Part shown: piece after piece, positions 8,433-18,300 of the stretch
Layout of the letters: every line of letters begins with the position of its first letter
Numbering within the stretch: position 1 is the first letter of the stretch
Assembly: GCA_902384455.1 (NCBI GenBank)
Contig: CABMCB010000059.1
Location: forward strand, 1 to 64,000
From: an uncultured archaeon
Lineage (GTDB): Archaea > Altiarchaeota > Altiarchaeia > IMC4 > SCGC-AAA252-I15
Direction: 5' to 3'
Length of the DNA: 64,000 nt
Notes under the pieces: model-generated
What the model saw: the letters and a program-made list of their open reading frames with translations, nothing else
What the model was told of the DNA's origin: nothing
The model's database searches: none
Translations under genes and position numbers: made by a program

Positions 8433-9401
8433 ATGAAAATTGGAGACAAGGTAAAGGTGGTTCGCAAGGCAACGTCGTACACTCAAGGTTGGCTGAACAC
8501 CTGGGTTCATGACATGGACCAGTACGTCGGCAGAGTGGGAACCGTTTCCCGCGTGCTGGCGGACCGCAAGGAAGTTCAAATCGACTTCGGGCACTGGCGC
8601 GTGTTCGGCTTTCCGGAGTCGGTCGTGGAATCAGCCTACCCGGCTGCAGGCACGACCGTAAAGATTGACTATCCCGATGGCCGGACCTGGCACGGCTTTC
8701 GCGGCATCGTGAAGGATGTTACTCCGGACGGATTCGTCCGCGTCATGATGTCCGAAGGTCCGCACAAGGACAATGCTGGCGGCTTCAAGCCGGAGCGTCT
8801 GACCGTGGTTCCCGCGATTGACAAGATTGTCGCGGACTCCGCAACGACCGCGACCATCAAGCCTACCAACCTGATTCCGGTCATCGGCTCCCGCGTCGAG
8901 ATTCCGCGCCGCGCCGTATGGGCCGGTGAAGGAACCGTCGAGAGCGTCAAGAATAACGTGTACAACATCCGCATGACGACCGGTCAATACGCCGGTCAGC
9001 GCGGCGGGTTCTTCTCTGACGAGTTCGATGTACTGACCGTACCGGTTGAAGTCAAACAGACCATCTATGCACCGAAGTATGACAAGGTCACGATTCGTCC
9101 TTCATTCAAGCCTGCGACCGCACCCGCGTCAACGCAGGACAAGGTCACCGAATCGTACGGCGGAACGTCTGCGCTCGGCTACGCTCGCAGCGTGGCTCGT
9201 TCAATCGCGAAGGCGAATACTCTCCGCCGCGTCACGGCTGACCAGGTTCAGGAGAAGGTTCTTGAAGCCGGTTACGACCTGGGCAACTCTGCTGGCAGCA
9301 TCTTCAAGGGCGGCAACTGGAAGAACACGGGAGTCACCGTGAAAAGCACTCGGCCTGGAAACAACAGCCGCCGGGTTGTGGTTTGGGAATACGTCGGATA
9401 A
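8433..9401 (+). CDS. Tandem KOW/SH3-like barrel protein
   Basis: Three related units (IGDKVKV / AGTTVKI / IGSRVEI ... G.V), two ending in GGF. Confidence 0.65.
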   Translation: MKIGDKVKVVRKATSYTQGWLNTWVHDMDQYVGRVGTVSRVLADRKEVQIDFGHWRVFGFPESVVESAYPAAGTTVKIDYPDGRTWHGFRGIVKDVTPDGFVRVMMSEGPHKDNAGGFKPERLTVVPAIDKIVADSATTATIKPTNLIPVIGSRVEIPRRAVWAGEGTVESVKNNVYNIRMTTGQYAGQRGGFFSDEFDVLTVPVEVKQTIYAPKYDKVTIRPSFKPATAPASTQDKVTESYGGTSALGYARSVARSIAKANTLRRVTADQVQEKVLEAGYDLGNSAGSIFKGGNWKNTGVTVKSTRPGNNSRRVVVWEYVG

Positions 9402-9760
9402 TGGAAAAGCGAATCTACGTGGCTGTGGCGGCGACCGTTCAAACTCCCGCCACGGTTCTCCAACCGTACGGACGGCAGATTGCGCAAGCCTGCCACGTCG
9501 TGAGTAAGCTGCGATACCGCGAGGGACACAACACGCAGTATCCGTTTCAGCCGGTGACGACAATCATCCTGCAGGCTCGCGACACGAAGGAACTGCTGCA
9601 CATTTTTAAGATGGCGGCGAACGCCAGACTCAAGCCGGTCTCTTTCTTGGACCACAACCCCGGAGCCTACGGCAACATCGGGTTCCACGTCACAGCGGTC
9701 GCGTTTTACGCAACGAAGGAAAAGAACGTAGCAGACTACTTACCTCTTTGGGGGTCTTGA
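9401..9760 (+). CDS. Peptidyl-tRNA hydrolase 2 (Pth2)-like protein
   Basis: GRQIAQACH, TIILQA...EL, FLD, VTAVAF, LPLW match the Pth2 layout. Confidence 0.7.
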   Translation: MEKRIYVAVAATVQTPATVLQPYGRQIAQACHVVSKLRYREGHNTQYPFQPVTTIILQARDTKELLHIFKMAANARLKPVSFLDHNPGAYGNIGFHVTAVAFYATKEKNVADYLPLWGS

Positions 9761-10794
9761 TGCGAGACGTGTATTTCTATAAGGGTCGAGCGCTTTTCAG
9801 TCACGACGGAGAAGACATCCCGGAAGCACACAAGCGGGAGTTCCGTCACGCGGTGGATGCAAAAGAAGAGAAAAATAAATCCAAGGTGAAAACGATGGAC
9901 ATGCAGACGGCGGTGTGGCAGACAGCGAATAACGGCACGAAGTTTGCGAGCGTCGGAAAGACGACGCGTGAACTTCCAGCCGGTGAATATATTTTCGAGG
10001 AAGATTCAAACGGTCGCACCTGGGCATCGAAGCAGAAGTCAATCACGGACAACCTGATTGACCTGCCCGGACTGCCGACGCAGTTCATCCTGGACCAAAT
10101 CAATATGTTCTGGTCCAAGGGTGAAGAGTATGCGAAGTACGGCTGGCTGCAGAAGCGCGGCATTCTTTTGTACGGAGACCCGGGCTGCGGCAAGACGAGC
10201 ATCATCGCGCTGCTGAAGCGTCAGCTTATCGGCCTGAACGGATTAATCTTCGGCATGGGCGAAGGCGGCTACTCACAACTGACCGGCGGACTGAAGGAAG
10301 TTCGCGACACCGAACCCGAGCGACCGGTGATGACCGTCGTGGAAGACATCGAGACGTATCTCGAAGGCTCGAACGGCAGCAACGTGGCGCGGCAGGAGAA
10401 GGATGCGCTGGCGCTGTACGATGGAGAGAACCAGATTAACAACGTGGTGCACATCGCCACGACGAACAAGCCGGACGTTGTCGCGGACCGCTTCATGAAG
10501 CGTCCGGGCCGGTTCGATTTGGTCATCGGGCTGCACTCGCCGACCGAGGCCGCACGACGCGTGTACCTGGAATCCATCTGCAAGGGCAACATCAGCGAGG
10601 CGCAGATTGATGAAATCGTCACCGCGTCAAAGGGATTGTCTCTCGCGTACATGCGCGAAATCGCCAGCACGTATCTCGTGCTCGGCATTCCGCTGCAGGA
10701 AACTATCGCTCGCCTGCGGAAGAACTCCAAGCAGAACTTCACCAAAACCAACAAGGAAGGATTTGAAGTCGGCTTCGGCCTCAACAAAGAATAA
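9760..10794 (+). CDS. AAA+ ATPase
   Basis: KRGILLYGDPGCGKTS, VVEDIE, ATTN, KRPGRFD. Confidence 0.9.
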   Translation: MRDVYFYKGRALFSHDGEDIPEAHKREFRHAVDAKEEKNKSKVKTMDMQTAVWQTANNGTKFASVGKTTRELPAGEYIFEEDSNGRTWASKQKSITDNLIDLPGLPTQFILDQINMFWSKGEEYAKYGWLQKRGILLYGDPGCGKTSIIALLKRQLIGLNGLIFGMGEGGYSQLTGGLKEVRDTEPERPVMTVVEDIETYLEGSNGSNVARQEKDALALYDGENQINNVVHIATTNKPDVVADRFMKRPGRFDLVIGLHSPTEAARRVYLESICKGNISEAQIDEIVTASKGLSLAYMREIASTYLVLGIPLQETIARLRKNSKQNFTKTNKEGFEVGFGLNKE

Positions 10795-10872
10795 TGGCAC
10801 CCTGGTACATCACGCAGAAACAACAGAGGTTACGCTACGGTTGGTGAGTCTAAAAATACTCGAAAAAAGTTC

Positions 10873-10901
10873 TTGACACATATCCGCATGTAATATATAC
10901 T
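10873..10901 (+). promoter_or_regulatory. Sigma70-type promoter of the HNH gene
   Basis: TTGACA-17 bp-TATACT. Confidence 0.75.
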
Positions 10902-10911
10902 TAATTACGAG

Positions 10912-11373
10912 ATGCCTAGACCTAGACCATTTGTTGACCCGAGCAATCCGATATGCCTCATTTGCGGGAAGAATCCGGTGCCGTTTTACGCTGAGAGACA
11001 AGCTTTCTCAGGCCGGTGTCTGGAATGCAGCAAGGCGCATGACAAAAAATATCGAACTGAAAACCCCTTGGGGCACGTTCTACGCCGAATTAAAATGAAC
11101 GCGAAGAAGCGAAACATCGTCTGCACACTGACTAAAAAAGACCTTCAAAAACTGACAATCCCCGAGGCCTGTCCGGTTCTAGGAATACCCATGAAGACAA
11201 CAGTCGGAGAAGGAACCAAGGACAACACACTCAGCCTCGACCGCATTGATAACACAAAGGGTTATGTTATTGGAAATGTGGCCTTTATTTCTTTCAGGGC
11301 GAACGTTCTGAAGAAAGACGCCACTCTGAAAGAATTGATAGCCTTAGGAAAATTCGCTGAAAAATACTCTTGA
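10912..11373 (+). CDS. HNH-like homing endonuclease
   Basis: CPVLG...SLDRIDNTKGYVIGNVAFISFRAN. Confidence 0.8.
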   Translation: MPRPRPFVDPSNPICLICGKNPVPFYAERQAFSGRCLECSKAHDKKYRTENPLGHVLRRIKMNAKKRNIVCTLTKKDLQKLTIPEACPVLGIPMKTTVGEGTKDNTLSLDRIDNTKGYVIGNVAFISFRANVLKKDATLKELIALGKFAEKYS

Positions 11374-11398
11374 CAAAGACTTCAAACTGCATTACATT
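11370..11398 (+). promoter_or_regulatory. Sigma70-type promoter upstream of the integrase
   Basis: TTGACA-17 bp-TACATT. Confidence 0.65.
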
Positions 11399-11499
11399 TG
11401 AATCATGCTTAGCGAACACATCGGAATCTTTCTCTACCTGGTAATCGTCGGCGCGGCCATCTGTGGTCGCATCGTGCTGGTTTACAAAGCGAGGAAGTC

Positions 11500-12459
11500 A
11501 TGACACTGTCCAAGTCAGTTTCGAAGCGCCTGAAGGCTCAGTCGTCCGCGCCAGCGTTCCGCGACGTGTACGCAGCCTGGTTCAAAGACGGCTGCGAGCG
11601 CAACCTGAACCCGTTCCGACCGGCCACCGCGAAATCCTACAAGTCTCAAATTGAGACGAACGTCCTGCCTGTCATCGGCGACCTGCCGGTGGATACCGTT
11701 GGAAACATTGTACTTAAAGACCTTGCCAGCAAAATGAAAGCGAACGGACTCGCTCCGGCCACGATTCACCGTAACCTCAACAATATCAAAGACATACGGA
11801 AGTTCCCGAACGATGGGGAGAAATCACTCTACCCGTACGACTGGAACTCGCGCATCATAGACGCGCCAGCGATTGACAAGAAGGCTCAGAAACGCCCGAT
11901 TGCCAGCGCACAGGCGGTCCAGGCCGCGCTTTCCTGCCTCTGTGGGACTCAGGGCACCAAATTGCTGTTGGCCGTCCTGGCAGGCTCCGGGATGCGAATC
12001 CAAGAGGCTTTGGCTATCGTCAAGGTTGACCCGGCCATCGGAGACGGCGTGGTTGGAAACGTCTGGCTTCCTGAGAAGTCTAAAATCCTGGTCAACGCTC
12101 AGCGGGACGGTGCCGCGTTCGGCCCCACCAAGACTCCCGCAGGCATGCGCGAGGTTGACCTACATCCTCGGCTGAACGCTCTGATGCTGTCTGAGTTTGA
12201 CGGCACCGGCTACATCTTCAACCGCCCCGAATCCACATACCGCGATGATTTGATTCGCTGCGGCATCACTGGCGGCTTTCACAGCCTGCGCCGGTTCCGC
12301 GTCACGCATCTCAGGATGCAAGGCATTCCGGATTCTTTGATTCACTTTTGGGTCGGCCACGAAGATGCCAGCGTGACCGGTCGCTACACCGAAGTCGGCA
12401 TCGAGATTGAGAAACGCAAAAAGTTGGCCGAGCAGGCCGGACTGGGGTTTGAACTATGA
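11500..12459 (+). CDS. int: Tyrosine recombinase/integrase
   Basis: GMRIQEAL (R), TKT (K), HSLRR, VGH, RY catalytic set. Confidence 0.9.
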   Translation: MTLSKSVSKRLKAQSSAPAFRDVYAAWFKDGCERNLNPFRPATAKSYKSQIETNVLPVIGDLPVDTVGNIVLKDLASKMKANGLAPATIHRNLNNIKDIRKFPNDGEKSLYPYDWNSRIIDAPAIDKKAQKRPIASAQAVQAALSCLCGTQGTKLLLAVLAGSGMRIQEALAIVKVDPAIGDGVVGNVWLPEKSKILVNAQRDGAAFGPTKTPAGMREVDLHPRLNALMLSEFDGTGYIFNRPESTYRDDLIRCGITGGFHSLRRFRVTHLRMQGIPDSLIHFWVGHEDASVTGRYTEVGIEIEKRKKLAEQAGLGFEL

Positions 12460-12720
12460 TTCCTGACATCTTTACATCGCGTGCATTCATCGTCGGTTCA
12501 GGCGTGGCCTTTGCTATCGGCGTGTTCGTCGGACTGTGCATCGCCAGCGCCATCGTGTGGGGCCTCGGATGAAAAAGAAAACTCTACCCAAGAGCTACAA
12601 ATGCGCCTGCGGGAAAGTTCACGTTCACCCGGCGTACCTGTACGCACACTGGGATGAAATCATCACGCACACCTGCGACTGCGGACGCAAGAACGATTTG
12701 CTGCGAGGGAAGAAACTGCC

Positions 12721-12906
12721 ATGAGCGAACTGGTGACAGGCCGCGTCGAAGTGCGACCGGTTGAAGTGAAGAACGAGAAAGACAAAATCAAGATTGAGTA
12801 CGAACTGGTGCTCGACGGCCATGTGCTCGGCACGTCCAAGCTACAGTGCGATGCTCTATTTCACGGCTACGCCATAGAGCGCAGCCTAGGGAGTGGAAAA
12901 CGATGA
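12721..12906 (+). CDS. Hypothetical protein
   Basis: One of a run of small overlapping ORFs at 12456-13094. Confidence 0.55.
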   Translation: MSELVTGRVEVRPVEVKNEKDKIKIEYELVLDGHVLGTSKLQCDALFHGYAIERSLGSGKR

Positions 12907-13239
12907 ACGACTATCTGGTAACATTCACGAAGGTGGACAAAAGCTTCATCATTGAGAACGTCCGGAATGAAGCGGACGCAATCAACGACGCGTTCACGAA
13001 GCTGGCGTTCAACTATCCTGAACTCTACAAAGAGCAGGAAGACTACCAAGTCATCTGCAGCAAGCTTCCGCTCGGTGGGCGGTGCTGCAAGTGAAAAAAG
13101 TCCTTGCATGGACGGCAGCAGTTGTGATATCCTTGCTGCTGACCTATGCTGTCTTCGAAATAACGAGACAGCTTGTAAATGCAATTTTCGCAGTTCGGAC
13201 ACCACGCTACAACGTGATGCCAATTCAATAGGAGGAAAG

Positions 13240-13554
13240 ATGCTTACGTTAACGGTACCAAAGTCTCAGCGGTCGTTCAGCAAGAGCAAGCTGTACTACG
13301 TCAGTTCCGAAGAGAACCCCGATGAGAAGTACATCGTGATTCGCGTCGGCGGAGCAGGCCTGTACAGCAGCAAGTACTTTTGCAACTGCAAAGACTTCTT
13401 TGTTCGTCGATTGGTGGACATGGTTGAATCCACGTACACCACCGAGCCTTGCAAGCATGGCCGGTTCGTCCGCGACATCGAACAGTCTCTGCCGTCCGGC
13501 GTCGAAGTTGTCTCTGCAGTTCGCGAGACCATCAAGACCGTCCCGGCTCGATGA
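13240..13554 (+). CDS. SWIM zinc-finger protein
   Basis: AGGAGG RBS; CNCKDF...CKH. Confidence 0.75.
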   Translation: MLTLTVPKSQRSFSKSKLYYVSSEENPDEKYIVIRVGGAGLYSSKYFCNCKDFFVRRLVDMVESTYTTEPCKHGRFVRDIEQSLPSGVEVVSAVRETIKTVPAR

Positions 13555-14061
13555 GCGCGATTTACGCAATTCAGTATTACCTGAGGTACCTGTGGAACGG
13601 ACTCCTGCACTACACCAAACGGTGTGACGCCTGGTGTCCGCTCTGCTACACCGAAGCGGAGGAATGGGATGAAAACGAAAGATAACAACCTGACGATAAC
13701 CTTGCTGTTTGCCATTTTCTCTCTGGCGTTCTTGCTTCTTATGGCAGCGCCTATCATCAGGTCATGCATCAAGCCATATCTCGACCCGGGTCCGCCACCT
13801 GCACTCAAGGTGGTGGGTTCGCCGTCGTGCTGCGGGGATTCAATCTGCCTATTGGAGCGCCATCATGAATAAACCATTTTGTGAAGCAACCATCGACGGC
13901 TTCATCTGCAACCGGCGTGCCGGTCATACGGGTGACCACATGGACATGCACGAGAGCGGCGGCAAACTAGGATGGACCAACAAGTCTGAATCAGAAAAGC
14001 TTCAAGACCAGCTTGAACCTCTGCCTGGTGTGCCGAGCTATTCTAAAATTGTGGTTGGATA

Positions 14062-14295
14062 ATGTTCTGGCTGAACACAGCGCCGACTCCGCAGCATACG
14101 TGCATGCGTTGCGCGACAGGATATGACCATCTGTTCCCAGGTCCTTACTGTCCTCTGTGTTTGAAAATCGTGAAGCGAGAAATCGCAGCAAGAAAAAAGA
14201 AGCCGGTGTACGACTACACGGTGTGGATTGAGTCCGTGGACCTGCCTGAAGAAATCAAGCAGCAGTATAGAAGGATGCTTTCGTACAAGAAATAA
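14062..14295 (+). CDS. Small Zn-ribbon protein; last gene of the + strand block
   Basis: CMRC...CPLC; converges with the - strand block. Confidence 0.55.
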   Translation: MFWLNTAPTPQHTCMRCATGYDHLFPGPYCPLCLKIVKREIAARKKKPVYDYTVWIESVDLPEEIKQQYRRMLSYKK

Positions 14296-14316
14296 AACTT
14301 GTACACTTCTGTGCAA

Positions 14317-15075
14317 CTACTCAAAATCTCTAGAGTACCGGCCACTCGGGTCGATGGTCGGTAGCATCTTCCGCAGACCCTCGATGCGTTCCTGAATGTT
14401 CCCCCGATTCTGAAAGATGTGAATGCGGTTGTAACCGGCAAAGCCAATGTGTCTGCACTTCGGTGTCTCAGGGTACTTCGCGCCGAGGCCGTGCTGGCGA
14501 GCTACGCGGCGGACCAGGCCGTCGTCCAGGTGTGAACTCTCGTCCATGGGTCCAAAGGTTCGGTCCTGATAGCCTCTCGGGTCGGCGAACAACTCGTCTT
14601 TGATGTGTTTGACAACTAAGGCAAGCTTGTCCCGGCGGAAACAGCTTCCCGGGTTCTGATACAGCCGGTAGTCCGGATACCGAGGTTGGATGCGCCCGCA
14701 GGTCGCGATGAAGTCTCCTGCGTCGGCCTGGGCCTCGTGGTGCCACTTGAAGAAATCCGGATGAACCAGGACGTCCTCTTCGACAATGTAGATGTGAAGT
14801 GCGCCGGTATCATACCCGGCTTTGAGAGCGTGAAGGATGTTCCACATTCCAGACGGAGCGTAGATGTGTTGCGCAGCGTGGAAGATTACAGCGTGGGGAT
14901 AGTAGGTGTCGCGGACGTAGTCAATCTCATCGAGGTTGGCACCATGGTCCGCGAAGATGCGAACGTCAACGTCGGCCTGAGTGCGGTCCAAGGCTTCAAG
15001 CGCAAGGGCGAGCATTTCAGGCCGAGCGTACGTCGGCATTACTACGACTTCAGAACTGCCGTTGTTCGAAATCAT
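14317..15075 (-). CDS. Glycosyltransferase family 2
   Basis: VVVMPTYARPEML, FADHG, IVEEDV, HIG. Confidence 0.8.
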   Translation of the reverse strand: MISNNGSSEVVVMPTYARPEMLALALEALDRTQADVDVRIFADHGANLDEIDYVRDTYYPHAVIFHAAQHIYAPSGMWNILHALKAGYDTGALHIYIVEEDVLVHPDFFKWHHEAQADAGDFIATCGRIQPRYPDYRLYQNPGSCFRRDKLALVVKHIKDELFADPRGYQDRTFGPMDESSHLDDGLVRRVARQHGLGAKYPETPKCRHIGFAGYNRIHIFQNRGNIQERIEGLRKMLPTIDPSGRYSRDFE

Positions 15076-15394
15076 GAGGGAGAAAATCCTCCGCCGTCTT
15101 TTCTCCGTTGACGCACATCTTGATAGCGTCCCGGACCGGCACTGCCATCAGGCCAATCGGGTCGGTAATCTTCATGTACACGAACGGAACGACAGCGGCA
15201 TACTTGAACTTAATCTTCTCTAGAATCGGATTCTGGCTCATCGGACGTCATCCTTTGAAGGTTCTCGGGTAGCGCAGCCTCTTCTTCCGCAGACAGTTTC
15301 TCCGGCGGAGTGCCGAAGTATGCGAACGCGAGATAGTTTTCCCGGGTCGGTTCGACGCCGAGTTCTTTCATCGTTTGCAGGACTATGTCTTGGC

Positions 15395-18300
15395 TCATTG
15401 CTGACTCCCTAGTGCCTTGATACCAGCTTCAGTGTACTTCTTTTTGGCTTCCTTGTCAAGCCTCTTCTGCTCTTTCTCTGCGGCCTTGCGTGCAGTCTCG
15501 GCTCGCTTGTCCGATACCTGCTGCTTGGCGTCTTCAGAGATTTGCATGACCTGCTGACGCGTGTCTTCCAATGAAGCCTTTCCGTCTGAGTACTTCTTCC
15601 ACACCTTCTTAACTTGCGCTTCTGCCTCAGGCGACTTCCATTCAGACGGGAACATTTCACGAACGTGTTCCCATACGACTGACTGAAGTTCGCGAGGTAG
15701 AATGCCTAGTTCTTTCGCGGCGATTCTGTACGCGTCCGCGTAGAGCGGATACGTGCCCATGGTGCCGGTGCCGATGTGCTTACCGGCTGCTCCGAAGTTG
15801 TGCAGCACTTCCTTGGCGCTTCCGCCTAGAGGCTGAATCAATCCCGCAGCGACCGCGTGCGTGTCAATCGTCACGTCCATGTTGTTCGTCGGGTCGATGA
15901 TGTTGTTGTAGAAGTTGCGAACCTTGTGCATGCTTCCAAGACGTTCAGAAATGTTCTCTCTAGAACCGTCCTTCAGGATGCTCAAAGCGTTGTCAATCTG
16001 AGGCAATCTGCCCCATGCAACCTTGCTCGGCGTCACACCGTCTGCGTTCATGCGGAGACCCTTGTTGTCTCCGGTGCCCGGGTCGATGTAGTGAAATTCA
16101 CGAGGGTTGTGCGCTTCGTCGTACATGCGAACCCATGCGGCCTGGGCCAACGGGTTCTCAACCTCGGAAAGCTTCTTGCCTTCGAACAGAGGAATCATCT
16201 TCTTCAATTCTTCGTTCGCGCCGGTCTTCTTGATGATGTCATGAGCCTTCGCAATCATTTCCGGAGTGGCAACGGTGTCCTGCTGCTTCTTCCAGATATC
16301 CGTGATGCGTCGGGCCAAGCTGACGTTCATGTCCCAGTCTTTTTGCGGAGACTGTGTTGCGATGACGCCTGCTGACTGCGGCTCACTGATGCCGTGTTCA
16401 GAAGACAATCCCTTCGCAAGCTTGTTCGCAGACACGTACCACTTCGCGTTGTTCACCTGCTTTTCAGGAGACGCATCGTGATACAAGAACTTCAGATTGT
16501 CCTTGACGTGGTCCGTGAACGCGTCGAACACCTTGCCGATGTCCTTGATGTTTTTCGGAATCTTGACACCAGGATATTTGCGAACGGTGTCCGCAAACTT
16601 CTGCTGTAGAGCTTCCGGAGCACGCATCAATGCTTCGCGGCCTACGACCAGCGGGTCACCTTCTAGTGCATTCTCTGTAGCATTCTTTCCTTCCGGCTGG
16701 CGCGTTGATACGCGGTCAGTCGCAAGTGCAGGCTGCGGTCCTTTCGTGGCTTTTGCCGCCGCATACTGCGCTCTGCTGTTCTCTAGAGACTGCTTCACTG
16801 CTTCAGGTGTGACGTCCGGTGCTTTCGGCGCCAGCGTCGTGCCAGAGGTTGGGTCGTGGAATAATACGGTGTCTGGATATTGTACGGTCTTGCCGGTTAC
16901 CTTGTCGGTGTATTCGAAGCCTTTCTGAACTCCGCCAGGAATTGCTCCCGCAGACTTGATTGCTTCGTCGTGCTCACCCGCAGTGCGCTCCGGCGGAATG
17001 CCTAGCGCTGGTTGTGGACCGGCTGGTGCTGGCTGAACCAGTTCGGCTCTGTTCGGTGTTGCAGAGACAGAGTACTTGCCCTGCTGGACGCCTCGTGCGC
17101 CGATGTCAGCAACGTCCGGCGTGCCTGCAGTGAACTCACTTCGCGGAACGCGGAGCACCCGCAGGTCGGAACGGTTGCCGCTGATTGGCACAGCGCCTGA
17201 GCGCATTGCTTCCTCAGGACTGTTTGCGAACCAACTTCCGGCGCGTAGCCCTTCTTCCTGAATCTTCGGAACTCTGGACTTGTCTACCGCGTGATACAGG
17301 TACTCGTCTACTGGCTGCTCTGCGGGTTTAGACCCGGAAATGGCAGGCTGGACGGATTTAGGTCCGGCTGGCCCGACGCTTTCGGTGCTAGCGTTTGGTC
17401 CTTCGGCTGCTTTGGCATTCCCGGCAGGTTTTTGCTGCTCGCCAGAAACGCCTTCTTTAGCAGTTGCTTTTGCGGCTTCGCCAGTTCCGACTCCTGGTCC
17501 TTTAGCTGGCTCGTTAGTCCGTCCAGCATTTCCTGCAAGCTTCCCACTGTTCTTCGGCTCATTCTCTCCACCTATTCCCAAATCTTCGTAGATTTGGTTC
17601 ATTCTCTTTTCACTTACGTGATGCGATGATGCTAGTCCGGGTTCGCGTACTGCTGCGTGTGATTCTATCACATCCTGCCATCCATCGGCAGTAAGAATCT
17701 TTCGAGCACGCTCGGTTGCTGCTGCGATTGTTCTGGACTGGTCGGCATCAGACAACCCAACGGTGTCCATAATTCTGCGTAGACCCTTCAAGTCCGCGCC
17801 TAGGCCCTTGTTCTCAGTGAACGGAACATCGTGCCACAAGTCGTTGGCGACTCCGCCAGCGACGAACGTGGTTGCGATGTCGTCAATCTTCGACGCAATC
17901 TTCTTCACATCGAAGTTTCCTTCTTCGTCCAGGTATTCCTTCCAGTCAATCGGCGCAAGCATGTCGGCATTGTGAGCCTTCGTGCCAGCGTGTTCGTGTG
18001 ACCATACTTCATCCATCATCGGAAGGCCTAGCTTCTTGCCTACGACGTTGTGCACAATCTCATGGGAGATGGCCGCAGGAGTTGACATGCCGTTCGCCAG
18101 AGCGCCAGCTTGTAGAACGCCTTCTGCGTTCTTCGGCAGAGACGCCTGTGGTGTAGGATTGGTGATTTCACGTTCGGCAGCTTTCTCGTTGGCGTTGCGG
18201 ATGATTTCTGCATCGGTCATGTTCTGCTCGTTCATCCGAGCCAGAATCTTCTTTTCAGAAGCGTCCAATGCCACACCGTAATCCTTCTTGTCGCCGATGT

